Source: Octopus bimaculoides
Lineage: Eukaryota
Assembly (NCBI RefSeq): GCF_001194135.2
Contig: NC_068982.1
Coordinates: forward strand, 71,504,491-71,568,490
Length of the DNA: 64,000 bases
Direction: 5' to 3'
The notes beneath the pieces are model-generated. The model made no database searches, was not told the origin of the DNA, and worked only from the letters and a program-made list of their open reading frames with translations. Below are positions 63,954-64,000 of the stretch, in pieces (the first letter of the stretch is position 1; every line of letters starts with the position of its first letter). The position numbers were made by a program, and so were the translations under genes.

Positions 63954-64000
<47 letters not shown>

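Larger units (their letters stand above)
58109..64000 (+). other. Axin: Axin intron following the RGS exon (runs beyond the window)
   Basis: GTAAGT donor at 58109-58114. I found no further Axin-like coding sequence (e.g. SANDSE, GSK3-binding or DIX) to the end of the window. Confidence 0.8.

Overview
AT-rich, microsatellite-dense animal genomic DNA with about 3.2 kb of N gaps. The repeat landscape looks like an octopus or other cephalopod draft assembly (inference from recognised repeat families). The only protein-coding feature I can support is the large first coding exon of Axin on the + strand (ATG 57078 to donor after 58108), encoding the tankyrase-binding motifs and the RGS domain. Most of the window is probably a ~57 kb 5'-UTR intron running from a candidate non-coding first exon (1-234) to the acceptor at 57036. 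The last 5.9 kb is the next intron. The introns are filled with tRNA-derived SINEs of modular structure, an RTE LINE 3' fragment whose tail is shared with many short copies, decayed Penelope-like and I-group LINE remnants, two Tc1/mariner relics, TTAA-flanked piggyBac-like MITEs and a 40/41-bp minisatellite. The most interesting observations are: (1) a near-complete type I hammerhead ribozyme fold, sense to Axin, at 61339-61398; (2) a uORF whose stop overlaps the Axin start (ATGA), extendable by splicing into a 62-aa Cys/Tyr-rich peptide; (3) a Cys-rich insertion between Axin's two tankyrase-binding sites, with no nearby Arg at site 2. Repeat boundaries are by eye and approximate unless a TSD or TIR is quoted. 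No computation or database search was run.
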